DNA of 32,000 nucleotides from Rhodothermus marinus DSM 4252 (GTDB taxonomy: Bacteria > Bacteroidota > Rhodothermia > Rhodothermales > Rhodothermaceae): the NCBI RefSeq assembly GCF_000024845.1, contig NC_013501.1, forward strand, positions 1,622,874 through 1,654,873. Direction: 5' to 3'. The stretch's first letter is position 1; each line of letters starts with the position of its first letter. The position numbers were made by a program, and so were the translations under genes. Below the pieces are notes generated by a model. It was not told the DNA's origin and did not search any database. It was given only the letters and a program-made list of their open reading frames with translations. This document shows, piece after piece, positions 1-8,903 of this stretch.

Positions 1-775
1 GCACAGATAGCCGGTAGAGTGTTTCGTTGGTGAGATAAGGGCCGTCGGCCAGACCCGGAACGGGCGGCAGCGCCGTCCGAGAACCTGTCGCGATCAGCAC
101 GGCCCGGCCCGTGATCGTTTCGTCGCCCACCTGAATGGCGGTCGGACCGGCCAGCCGCGCCCGCCCTTCGCGAAAGACGATCTGCCGGCCGTCGATGAGA
201 TCCAGGTACTTGTGCCGACGCAGTTCGTCGGTCAGCGCCTGCACCTGGCCGATTACAGCGCCGAAATCCTCCACCCGACTGGTGGAACGGATCCCCGCAA
301 ACGGATGATGCGCCGCCCGGTGATGCGCTTCGGCCGCCCGGATAAGCGCCTTCGAGGGCACGCAGCCGACGTTCACACACGTGCCGCCCGGCGGCAGGCC
401 GTCGTTGACGATCAAGCTCCGGAAGCCCAGCTCCCGCGCCCGCAACGCCGCCGCAAACGCCGCCGAGCCACCGCCGATGATCAGCAGATCGTAATCGATC
501 CGATCCGAACCGCTCCTGGTCGGCGTCTCGCTGCCGATTTCACGCACCACCTCCCACGCCTCCAGTCGGTATCCGTGGCCGGCCTGCGCGACGGCCTTCC
601 TGAGCGCTTCGGCATCGACAGCGTCGCCTTCCCAGGTTACTACAGCCCGGCCGCTCTGCCAGCCGGGCACCTGCGCGCGCACCACACCGGGCACCCGCAT
701 GAGCGCCTGTTCGATCGTGCGCGCGCAATGCGTGCAGGTCATTCCCCCGATACGCAGTTCCAGGATCTTTTTCAT
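1..775 (-). CDS. merA: Mercuric reductase MerA, N-terminal ~258 codons (gene continues past the left window edge)
   Basis: Hand translation of the reverse strand from the ATG at 775-773 gives three motifs. MKKILELRIGGMTCTHCARTIEQAL is the NmerA HMA domain (GMTCxxC). DYDLLIIGGGSAAFAAA is the FAD dinucleotide fold. GGTCVNVGCVPSK is the redox-active CxxxxC of class I pyridine nucleotide-disulfide oxidoreductases. It is missing from the ORF track only because it has no stop inside the window. The start overlaps the upstream stop (ATGA). Confidence 0.9.
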   Translation of the reverse strand, partial: MKKILELRIGGMTCTHCARTIEQALMRVPGVVRAQVPGWQSGRAVVTWEGDAVDAEALRKAVAQAGHGYRLEAWEVVREIGSETPTRSGSDRIDYDLLIIGGGSAAFAAALRARELGFRSLIVNDGLPPGGTCVNVGCVPSKALIRAAEAHHRAAHHPFAGIRSTSRVEDFGAVIGQVQALTDELRRHKYLDLIDGRQIVFREGRARLAGPTAIQVGDETITGRAVLIATGSRTALPPVPGLADGPYLTNETLYRLSV

Positions 776-1401
776 GATGTTGCTCCGGTTCTGTTTTTTA
801 GCGCGGCCCCGAAGCCGGTCTCACGAATGGCCTCAATAAGCTGCATTACCGACACTTTCGTAGTATCAAAGCGCACGCGCGCCTCCGGCGGCTCCAACGT
901 TACCTCGGCCGCCTGTACGCCTTCGACGCGCCGCAGCGCATAGACCACGGCCTGACTGCACGCCTCGCACGTCATGCCCTGCACTTCCAGCACCACCTCC
1001 TGCACCGGCTCGCTACGGACCTGCTGCGCCATCGCGGTCGGATGCGTGCGTCCGATCAGCGACGGCGTCGCCAGCAGCCCCAACACCAGCACCGTACCCA
1101 GTCCCAGCAGCAACCGGCGCGTCTTCGGGCGCAAGCCGGTCTCGCAGTCGCAATCAGGCTCCGGCAAGCGCCGCGCTTCCCGGTACCAGGCCAGCCCCAG
1201 GGCTCCCAGCGCCAGCGCCACGAAAAACGGCCGGTAGGGCTCCAGCGCCGAGAGCCGGCTCACCCAGGCGCCCCCCACCCCGACGGCCACAGCCGCCAGC
1301 GGGCCGACGCAACAGACCGAAGCCAGCACGCCCGCACCTATGGCCGCCAGCAGGCTCGAACGGGCAATTCGGTCCGGCTTTTCCGTCCTGTTCGTGCTCA
1401 T
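772..1401 (-). CDS. merT: Mercury transporter, MerT-like membrane domain fused to a C-terminal MerP-like HMA domain (209 aa)
   Basis: This is the frame of track ORF 772..1908, but the real start is the internal ATG at 1401-1399 (MSTNRTEKPD...). TM1 carries a vicinal Cys pair (SVCCVGPL), followed by a second Cys pair (PDCDCE) and a further TM segment. The C-terminus has GMTCEACSQAV, a heavy-metal-associated fold. ATGA overlaps occur at both ends, with the regulator upstream and merA downstream. Confidence 0.8.
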   Translation of the reverse strand: MSTNRTEKPDRIARSSLLAAIGAGVLASVCCVGPLAAVAVGVGGAWVSRLSALEPYRPFFVALALGALGLAWYREARRLPEPDCDCETGLRPKTRRLLLGLGTVLVLGLLATPSLIGRTHPTAMAQQVRSEPVQEVVLEVQGMTCEACSQAVVYALRRVEGVQAAEVTLEPPEARVRFDTTKVSVMQLIEAIRETGFGAALKNRTGATS

Positions 1402-1811
1402 TGCGCTTCCTCCTTCAGGTTGAGGTTTAACTGAATGCGGTCCAGCTCCAGCTCGTCGAACAGTCGCACAAGCAGCCGGGCAAACGGATTGGCCGTACAG
1501 ACCCGGTAGTAGATCGTCTGCGCCTCCCGCCGCGCTTCGACGAGTGCCTTTTCGCGCAGGATCTTCAGGTGCCGCGAGACGGCCGGCTGCGAGATCTCGA
1601 AAATGTCGGCCAGGTCGCACACGCACAGCTCCCCGGCCCGGTGCAACACGTAGAGCATGCGCAGCCGCGTCTCGTTGCCGGCCGCCTGCATGAAGGCCGC
1701 CAGTGCCACCAGGTGATCGTTCCCGAGCGCCTCTTCGCGCAATCGGGCCAGCTTCTCCGGATCGACGGCCACCCGCACGCACGTGCGGTCGGTCACCTCG
1801 CGCCGCTTCAT
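1398..1811 (-). CDS. ArsR/SmtB-family metalloregulator heading the mer operon (137 aa)
   Basis: The ArsR-type winged HTH is readable: ETRLRMLYVLHRAGELCVCDLADIFEISQPAVSRHLKILREKALV. It is the first gene of the co-directional, overlapping mer cluster. Confidence 0.85.
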   Translation of the reverse strand: MKRREVTDRTCVRVAVDPEKLARLREEALGNDHLVALAAFMQAAGNETRLRMLYVLHRAGELCVCDLADIFEISQPAVSRHLKILREKALVEARREAQTIYYRVCTANPFARLLVRLFDELELDRIQLNLNLKEEAQ

Positions 1812-1860
1812 AATTATTAACAGATTGGTTAATTAACTTTATTGTTATATAACAGACAAA
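1812..1860. promoter_or_regulatory. AT-rich control region of the mer operon with stacked palindromes (candidate ArsR-type operator plus promoter)
   Basis: It lies immediately upstream of the regulator start (1811). There is a perfect 10-bp palindrome GTTAATTAAC (1828-1837) and a perfect 12-bp palindrome TGTTATATAACA (1843-1854). There is also an inverted repeat ATTAAC-N6-GTTAAT (1816-1833). It is the only strongly AT-rich stretch in this part of the window. Confidence 0.45.
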
Positions 1861-2023
1861 ACACACATTGTCAAGATCCCTGAGCCCAGATTTGAAAGAG
1901 GGCGCCACGCGCGGACGGGAAAAGCCTCAGCTTGTGCATGAACGGACAGGCTTTGCAGAAGCAGCGTCGTCCCGCTGGTGCAGAGACCTGAGCAACACGG
2001 TGCGCTTCGAACAGAAATCCAAC

Positions 2024-2048
2024 AAAAAACCCCGGCACGAAGCCGGGG
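2024..2048 (-). terminator. Rho-independent terminator downstream of tRNA-Thr
   Basis: On the minus strand the sequence is CCCCGGC-TTCGT-GCCGGGG followed by TTTTTT (complement of A-run 2024-2029). It starts 7 nt after the tRNA 3' end. Confidence 0.6.
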
Positions 2049-2054
2049 TTTGAG

Positions 2055-2127
2055 AGCCAACGGCCGGACTCGAACCGGCGACCTGCTCATTACGAGTGAG
2101 CCGCTCTACCAGCTGAGCTACGTTGGC
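2055..2127 (-). tRNA. tRNA-Thr (anticodon CGT), 73 nt, CCA not encoded
   Basis: Folded by hand into a cloverleaf. The acceptor is GCCAACG/CGTTGGC and the D arm is GCTC-AGCTGGTA-GAGC. The anticodon arm is GCTCA-CTCGTAA-TGAGC, giving anticodon CGT. The T arm is GCCGG-TTCGAGT-CCGGC and the discriminator is T. Confidence 0.9.
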
Positions 2128-2230
2128 TCGTAAGGCGCAAGTAAGTTAGCGAGCCATTTCACGCCGCGTCAAGCCGCAGGATCCCGCCCGACGGCCGCCG
2201 ACGCCAACCTTAACATTTCTTCAAGCAGCC

Positions 2231-3004
2231 CTACTGCTGTACGGTTTTATCCAGCGGCAATCCGAGCTGCTCGTAGAGTTGGCGACGCCCCTGTTTGTCG
2301 GCTTCCAGCACGCGCCGGGCCAGCCGGAACACCCGTGCGGCATGTTCGCGAGGGACGACCACCACGCCATCACCGTCGGCCACGATCACGTCGCCGGGAC
2401 GCACCAGCGCCCCGCCGATCTCGACGGGCCGGTTGACCGATTCCAGTTCGTTGCGTCCCGGACGAATGCCGCGTCCGCGCTGCAGCGGGTCCATGTAGAG
2501 CGGGATCTGCTGCTTGATGATCTCATCGGTGTCGCGCACGCTTCCGGTAGTCACAATGCCACGGGCGCCCCGGGCATACCAGAGCAGCGAGTTGTAGGAA
2601 CCGATCGAGCCCGTATCGCCGTTGCCGCTGGCGTCGATGACGATCACCGTGCCGGGCCGGATCAGGTCCACAAACGGCTCGGGCGACAGTTCGTTGTACC
2701 AGCGGCCGCTCCAGGCGTCGAATGCTTCCTCGGGGATCGGATTCGGGACGATTTTGTTGGTCGGCACGTAGCGAACTGTCAGCGCAATCCCGCAGAAACG
2801 GTGTCGAAAATCCTCCAGATCGCGCCAGAGCGGCTGAATGCGTGGATCGACCACCCCCACATTGCGCAGGCCGACCACGTCCATGGCATCGACCACGTCG
2901 GCCACGCGCAAACCTTCACAGAGCGCAAGCAGCGTCGAGTCGCTGACGGTCGTATCTTGTGGGGCCGCAAACAACAGGCTCAGCGTAAGCAGCAGGACGT
3001 TCAT
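2231..3004 (-). CDS. RraA / 4-hydroxy-4-methyl-2-oxoglutarate aldolase-family protein with an N-terminal signal-peptide-like segment (257 aa)
   Basis: The RraA-fold signature region is present: GDTGSIGSYNSLLWYARGARGIVTTGSVRDTDEI and GDVIVADGDGVVVVP. The N-terminus MNVLLLTLSLLFAAPQD is hydrophobic and leader-like. Confidence 0.7.
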   Translation of the reverse strand: MNVLLLTLSLLFAAPQDTTVSDSTLLALCEGLRVADVVDAMDVVGLRNVGVVDPRIQPLWRDLEDFRHRFCGIALTVRYVPTNKIVPNPIPEEAFDAWSGRWYNELSPEPFVDLIRPGTVIVIDASGNGDTGSIGSYNSLLWYARGARGIVTTGSVRDTDEIIKQQIPLYMDPLQRGRGIRPGRNELESVNRPVEIGGALVRPGDVIVADGDGVVVVPREHAARVFRLARRVLEADKQGRRQLYEQLGLPLDKTVQQ

Positions 3005-3051
3005 GGCGTTTCGTTTACAGGTTACAATTTATCAGACAATACATAAAAACG

Positions 3052-4596
3052 ATGGATAAAACAAGTCCCTTTGCGATCCATCCGGCGCTGGCCGAGCTGT
3101 GTGCGCACCTGGCGCGCATGATGGACCTCCGGGCGGCGGCCGCCCTGCTGGAGTGGGATCAGGAGACCTACATGCCCGCCGGAGCGACCGCCGTGCGGGC
3201 CGAGCAGCTCGGCACGTTGCATCGCCTGGCCCACGAGTGGTTCATCGCGGAGCGGACGGGCGAGTTGCTGGAAGCGGCCGCGGCCTCCGTGCGTGAGCTT
3301 CCTCCGGAGCACCTGGCCGTACGGCTCGTCGAGGTCGTGCGCGAGGATTACGACAAAGCGCGACGGGTGCCGCCCGAGCTGGTGGCCGCGCTGGCCCGCA
3401 CCGAGTCGGAGGCCCGCGAGGCCTGGAAGCAGGCCCGCCAGGAGAACCATTACGCGGTGTTTGCGCCCTATCTGGAGCGGCTGCTGGCGCTCAACCGGGA
3501 AAAGGCCGAGGCGCTGGGGTACGAAAAACATCCCTACGACGCCCTGCTGGACCAGTACGAGCCGGGCATGACCACCGAGGCGGTGCGCGTCCTTTTCGAG
3601 CAGTTGCGCGCCGAGCTGGTCCCGCTCGTTCGGGCGCTTGCCGACCAACCCCAACCCGAAGCGGCCTTCCTGCACCGCTACGTCGAGCCCGAGCGCCAGT
3701 GGGCCCTGAACCGCATGGTGCTGGAAGCCATTGGCTTCGATCTGCAGCGCGGGCGGCTGGACGCCTCGGTCCACCCGTTCAGCACCGGGATTGCCATTGC
3801 GGACGTGCGGCTGACCACCCGCATCGATCCGCACGACTTCGCCAGCGGACTGTTCGCCACGCTGCACGAGGCCGGACACGGACTCTACGAGCAGGGGATC
3901 GATCCCGTACTTGAGCGCACGCCGCTGGCCGACGGCGCTTCGCTGGGCCTGCACGAATCACAATCCCGGCTCTGGGAAAACCTGATCGGCCGGAGTCGGC
4001 CCTTCTGGGAGTATTTCTATCCCCGGCTTCGGGAGTATTTTCCGGGCGTGCTCGACGACGTGCCGCTGGATGCCTTCTACCGGGCCATCAACCGCGTGCA
4101 GCCCTCGCTCATCCGCGTCGAGGCCGACGAGGTCACCTACAACCTGCACATCCTGCTTCGCTTCGAACTGGAAGTCGCCCTGATCGAGGGGAATCTTTCG
4201 GTGCAGGATCTTCCGGCCGCCTGGGACGAGGGCATGCAACGCTATCTCGGGCTACGGCCGGAGACGCTTCGCGAAGGGGTGTTGCAGGATATTCACTGGT
4301 CGCAGGGAGCTTTCGGGTACTTTCCGACCTATACTTTAGGGAACCTGATGTCGGCCCAGCTCTGGCGGGCCATCGAGCAGACCGTCCCGGACGTAGCAGC
4401 CTTCATGCAACAGGGAGATTTTCGCCCGATTCTTACCTGGTTGCGCACGCAAATCCACCGGCACGGCCGCGCCTGGAAGGCGCCGGTCCTGCTTGAGCAG
4501 GCCACGGGCCATCCGCTCGATGCGGAACCCTGGCTGACGTATATACGCAAAAAGTACCAGGCGCTGTATCCCGCAGCGTCCGTATCTTTGTCGTAG
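3052..4596 (+). CDS. M32 metallocarboxypeptidase (Taq-type thermostable carboxypeptidase 1), 514 aa
   Basis: The zinc site HEAGHGLYE (HExxH) is present, together with the family-specific [10 protein letters not shown] and [14 protein letters not shown] motifs. Confidence 0.9.
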   Translation: MDKTSPFAIHPALAELCAHLARMMDLRAAAALLEWDQETYMPAGATAVRAEQLGTLHRLAHEWFIAERTGELLEAAAASVRELPPEHLAVRLVEVVREDYDKARRVPPELVAALARTESEAREAWKQARQENHYAVFAPYLERLLALNREKAEALGYEKHPYDALLDQYEPGMTTEAVRVLFEQLRAELVPLVRALADQPQPEAAFLHRYVEPERQWALNRMVLEAIGFDLQRGRLDASVHPFSTGIAIADVRLTTRIDPHDFASGLFATLHEAGHGLYEQGIDPVLERTPLADGASLGLHESQSRLWENLIGRSRPFWEYFYPRLREYFPGVLDDVPLDAFYRAINRVQPSLIRVEADEVTYNLHILLRFELEVALIEGNLSVQDLPAAWDEGMQRYLGLRPETLREGVLQDIHWSQGAFGYFPTYTLGNLMSAQLWRAIEQTVPDVAAFMQQGDFRPILTWLRTQIHRHGRAWKAPVLLEQATGHPLDAEPWLTYIRKKYQALYPAASVSLS

Positions 4597-4622
4597 TTCA
4601 ATCACCAGCCGAGAGAGCCTCT

Positions 4623-4952
4623 ATGGAGATCCCGGAAATCGCCTTTGAGTACTACAGCGAAAATCACGAGCTGACCGACGCGCTGAAGGCCAAGGTAGAG
4701 CAGCGCATTCAGAAGCTGGCGAAAAAGCACCACGACATTACGGGCGTGTCGGTCGCCATCCAGCGCGTCGAGCATACCCATACGCCCCATGCTTACCGGG
4801 CGCGGGTGGTCGTCTACCACAAGCCTGAAAACGTGGTGGCTACCGAGGTTGCCCCGACCGTGGAGGAGTCGCTGCTCCGCGCGCTGGATTCGGTCGAACG
4901 TCAGGTGCGCGAGCAGCGGCGTAAGCTGCGCGAGCAATGGAAGCGCCCGTGA
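4623..4952 (+). CDS. Ribosome hibernation / sigma-54 modulation protein family (short HPF/RaiA-like), 109 aa
   Basis: Its size, basic C-terminus and layout (LTDALKAKVEQRIQKLAKKHHDITGVSVAI...) are typical of the family. A strong terminator follows. Confidence 0.7.
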   Translation: MEIPEIAFEYYSENHELTDALKAKVEQRIQKLAKKHHDITGVSVAIQRVEHTHTPHAYRARVVVYHKPENVVATEVAPTVEESLLRALDSVERQVREQRRKLREQWKRP

Positions 4953-4961
4953 ACGCAAAAA

Positions 4962-4987
4962 GGGGCGGTGTGAGAACCGCCCCTTTT
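4962..4987. terminator. Bidirectional rho-independent terminator between convergent genes
   Basis: GGGGCGG (4962-4968) and CCGCCCC (4977-4983) flank an 8-nt loop. An A-run lies on the left and TTTT on the right, so it works on either strand. Confidence 0.7.
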
Positions 4988-5018
4988 CATTTTACACGCA
5001 CATCTACAAGCCGCAGAT

Positions 5019-5477
5019 CTATTTGGAAGAAGGGCGCGTAGCCCGGAGCGTTTTGATCAGCCGTCCGCCACGCTGACGCAGCAGATCTTCCCGTAAAAAA
5101 ATAAGCAGGTAGTCGCGGGCCACCTGGCTTTCGATCCCGGCCTGTTCGGCCCGATCGAAAAACTCGGCAAAGCTCAGCTCGTCGGGCAACTGTGCCAGGA
5201 AGGCCATGGCCTGCTGAAGCACCTCGGCCGACAGTTCCGGCAGCCCCTCTTCGGCGGAAGGTTGCAACTCCTGAAACAGCCGATACAGCGTTACCTCTTC
5301 TCGAAGCCGCCGATTTTCTTCTCGAAGCCGTTCGTTTTCCTCGATCAGGCGCTCAACCTCCCGCTGAAGCCAGGCTAACCGTTCCTGTACATAGGCAATG
5401 AAGTCTTTCGGATCCAACGGCATCGAGATTGATTCCCCTCCGGGGCTACTGCGTACAAGATCCGGGCTGCGCGCCAT
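5019..5477 (-). CDS. Hypothetical coiled-coil protein (152 aa; alternative start at 5423)
   Basis: The ORF has high-GC codon bias. A heptad-like segment is present (LQREVERLIEENERLREENRRLREE). No recognisable catalytic motif. Confidence 0.5.
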   Translation of the reverse strand: MARSPDLVRSSPGGESISMPLDPKDFIAYVQERLAWLQREVERLIEENERLREENRRLREEVTLYRLFQELQPSAEEGLPELSAEVLQQAMAFLAQLPDELSFAEFFDRAEQAGIESQVARDYLLIFLREDLLRQRGGRLIKTLRATRPSSK

Positions 5478-5620
5478 CGGAGTCTTTCATGCTTTACAGA
5501 TAGTCTCCGAAAAGTTCGGCTCGGTTGACAAAAACTGTTGGCTCAGCAAACATGCGCCATTGGCGCATCCCTTGAAATAATCTCTGGCGCATTCTCCCGC
5601 ACGTACCCGACCTTCCAGAT

Positions 5621-6442
5621 TTAAGCACGCCAGCATTTATCGGGAAGCTTTGCTCGTTCAAAACGGTGCCGGCGAAAGTCGATAAAAGCACGCCGGGCCG
5701 GTTCGTAGCAACGCTCTTCGACCTGCACGGCGTCGGCTTCGATACGCAGCACGTTGTAAAAATTCCGGTTTCGATGCGGGCCGCGTCCCCGGCTGCTCGT
5801 GGCCGTTCCGGCACTGACGATGACCACGCGGTGGCCGTCGGGCTGCACCACGACCGGCTCCACGTGGGCCACGTGCAGGTGCCCGCACAGGATGAATTCG
5901 ATCCCGGCGCGGGCTATCACTTCCAGCGCCCGGCGGGCGCCCCGCGCCACGTCGTGCGGTCCCACCGCCTGCAGTTGCACCAGGTGGTGGTGGATCACCA
6001 GAACGCGCACGGCTGAAGGCGGCACCGTGGCAAAAAACGTCTGCAGGTATGCTAAATCTTCGGCGGAAAGGCGGCCGCCTTTAACGGTGGCGCCGTGCGC
6101 CGTGTTCAGGCCCAGCACGGCCACCGCATCGTGAACGAATGCGGGCCGCAGATCGTCCGTGAGATACCGCCGGTAGCGGGCCAGCGGCCGCACCAGTCGG
6201 CTCAGCGGTCGCCACCAGGGATAGACGTCGTGGTTGCCGGGCACCACCAGCGTCGGCGCAGGCAGCGCCTCCAGAAACGCCCGGGCGGCCCGGAACTGTC
6301 GCGGACGTGCGCGCTGCGTCAGATCGCCGCTGACGACCACCAGATCCGGACGCTGGCGACGCACTTCCACCAGCAGATCCTCGACGACGGCACCGGAGGC
6401 CAGCCGCCCGAAGTGCAGATCCGAAAGATGTACGATCACCAT
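5621..6442 (-). CDS. Calcineurin-like metallophosphoesterase (273 aa)
   Basis: The canonical motif series is present: VHLSDLHFG, VVSGDLTQRA, VPGNHD, VIHHH, LCGHLHV. Confidence 0.85.
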   Translation of the reverse strand: MVIVHLSDLHFGRLASGAVVEDLLVEVRRQRPDLVVVSGDLTQRARPRQFRAARAFLEALPAPTLVVPGNHDVYPWWRPLSRLVRPLARYRRYLTDDLRPAFVHDAVAVLGLNTAHGATVKGGRLSAEDLAYLQTFFATVPPSAVRVLVIHHHLVQLQAVGPHDVARGARRALEVIARAGIEFILCGHLHVAHVEPVVVQPDGHRVVIVSAGTATSSRGRGPHRNRNFYNVLRIEADAVQVEERCYEPARRAFIDFRRHRFERAKLPDKCWRA

Positions 6443-6514
6443 GGTCCGAAAAACAGACAGGCGGCCCGGTGGACCGCCTGCCCTGAACGCATGGCTACGC
6501 CTGCAGGTGCCCGC

Positions 6515-7840
6515 TTACAGCAGCAGATTCAGCGGCTCTTCCAGGTACTGCTGGACGGTCTTGAGGAAGCGGGCGCCCGTGGCACCATCGACGATCCGGT
6601 GATCGCACGAGAGGGTCAGCCGCATCCGCTTGCCGGGCACGATCATGCCGTTTTTCACCACGGGCACGTCGCGGATGGCGCCGATGGCCAGGATGCAGGC
6701 GTTCGGTGGATTGATGATGGCCGTGAATTCCTCGATGCCGTACATCCCCAGGTTGCTCGTGGTGAAGGTCGCCCCTTCCATTTCCTGGGGCTGCAGTTTG
6801 CGCTGGCGGGCTTTCTCGGCCAGCGCGCGCGTCTCCTCGGCGATCTGGCCCAGCCCTTTCTGGTCGGCGTTGCGGATGACCGGCGTCACCAGCCCGTCCT
6901 CCAGCGCCACGGCGATTCCGATATGAATCTCCTTCCACCGGCGAATTTCGCCTTCCTGCTCCAGGTAGGAGGCGTTGATCTCAGGATGCCGGCGCAGCGC
7001 CAGCGCGCAGGCCTTGGTGATCAGGTCGTTGAAGGAGATCTTGGGCCGTTCCTGCGCTTCGGCCAGCTCGTTGAGCTGCTGGCGGAAGGCGATGGCTTTC
7101 TCGACGTCCACGTCGACGGTCAGATAGAAATGCGGCGCCGTGAATTTGCTCTGCGCCAGCCGCCGCGCGATCGTGCGGCGCATCGACGTGATGGGCACCG
7201 ACTCGTAGGGCAGCTCGGGCGCCGGCGTGGGCGTCGGGGCCGGGGCCGGTGCAGGCGCGGCTTCGGGCGCCGGTGCGGCCACTTCGACGGACGGACGCTG
7301 ACGGGCCAGCGCCGCCTCGATGTCGCGGCGCACGATACGCCCCTCGGGTCCCGTGCCCTGAATGGTGCGCAGGTCCAGCCCGTACTCTCTGGCCAGCTTA
7401 CGCGCCAGGGGCGAGGCCTTGATGCGCGCCTCAGCGCCGTCGCCGGCCGTCACCGCGGGAGCCGGAGCGCCATCCCCCGCGCGGGCTGGCTGCTCGGCCT
7501 GCGGTGCCGCTTCGGCCGGTGCAGCCTCCGGCGCCGGCTCCGCCTGCGCGGGCGCCTCTTTCTGGCCGCTGTAGCGCTCCAGAATCTCCGAAATGTCTTC
7601 GCCTTCATCCCCCAGCACGGCGATCAGGCCACCGATGGGGACCGATTCGCCTTCTTTGACCACTTTCTTCAGCAGGACCCCGTCGTCGTACACTTCGAGG
7701 TCCATCGTGGCTTTATCCGTTTCCACCTGAGCGATCACGTCCCCGGCCGACACGCGCTGCCCTTCTTCCACCAGCCACGCCACCAGCACCCCCTCCTCCA
7801 TCGTGTCGCTCATCTTGGGCATTTCAATGGGAATCGCCAT
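6515..7840 (-). CDS. pdhC: Dihydrolipoamide acetyltransferase, E2 of the pyruvate dehydrogenase complex (441 aa)
   Basis: The lipoyl domain carries ETDKATMDLE. Ala/Pro-rich linkers and a peripheral-subunit-binding domain (ASPLARKLAREYGLDL) follow. The catalytic motif is DHRIVDGA. Confidence 0.9.
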   Translation of the reverse strand: MAIPIEMPKMSDTMEEGVLVAWLVEEGQRVSAGDVIAQVETDKATMDLEVYDDGVLLKKVVKEGESVPIGGLIAVLGDEGEDISEILERYSGQKEAPAQAEPAPEAAPAEAAPQAEQPARAGDGAPAPAVTAGDGAEARIKASPLARKLAREYGLDLRTIQGTGPEGRIVRRDIEAALARQRPSVEVAAPAPEAAPAPAPAPTPTPAPELPYESVPITSMRRTIARRLAQSKFTAPHFYLTVDVDVEKAIAFRQQLNELAEAQERPKISFNDLITKACALALRRHPEINASYLEQEGEIRRWKEIHIGIAVALEDGLVTPVIRNADQKGLGQIAEETRALAEKARQRKLQPQEMEGATFTTSNLGMYGIEEFTAIINPPNACILAIGAIRDVPVVKNGMIVPGKRMRLTLSCDHRIVDGATGARFLKTVQQYLEEPLNLLL

Positions 7841-7880
7841 GGCCGTCTTCTATCGCGTTGATTTGATGGTTTCGGGGGAA

Positions 7881-8864
<984 letters not shown>

Positions 8865-8903
8865 GGTCTATCGTCTCGGTTAGGTTCTCGGGGATACACG
8901 AAA

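Noticed and set aside
772-1908. A 378-aa ORF in the track spans the merT region and the ArsR-regulator region.
   Set aside because: Only the last 209 codons (from the ATG at 1401) make a sensible MerT-MerP protein. The upstream 169 codons overlap the ArsR gene out of frame and are low-complexity Arg/Gly/Ala.
7200-7560. Repetitive GC-rich stretches (GCGCC/GGCGC-type, encoding APAPEAAPAPAPAPTPTPAP and AEPAPEAAPAEAAPQAE) might be a tandem repeat element.
   Set aside because: These are the normal Ala/Pro-rich inter-domain linkers of an E2 acyltransferase, in frame and between the lipoyl, subunit-binding and catalytic domains.
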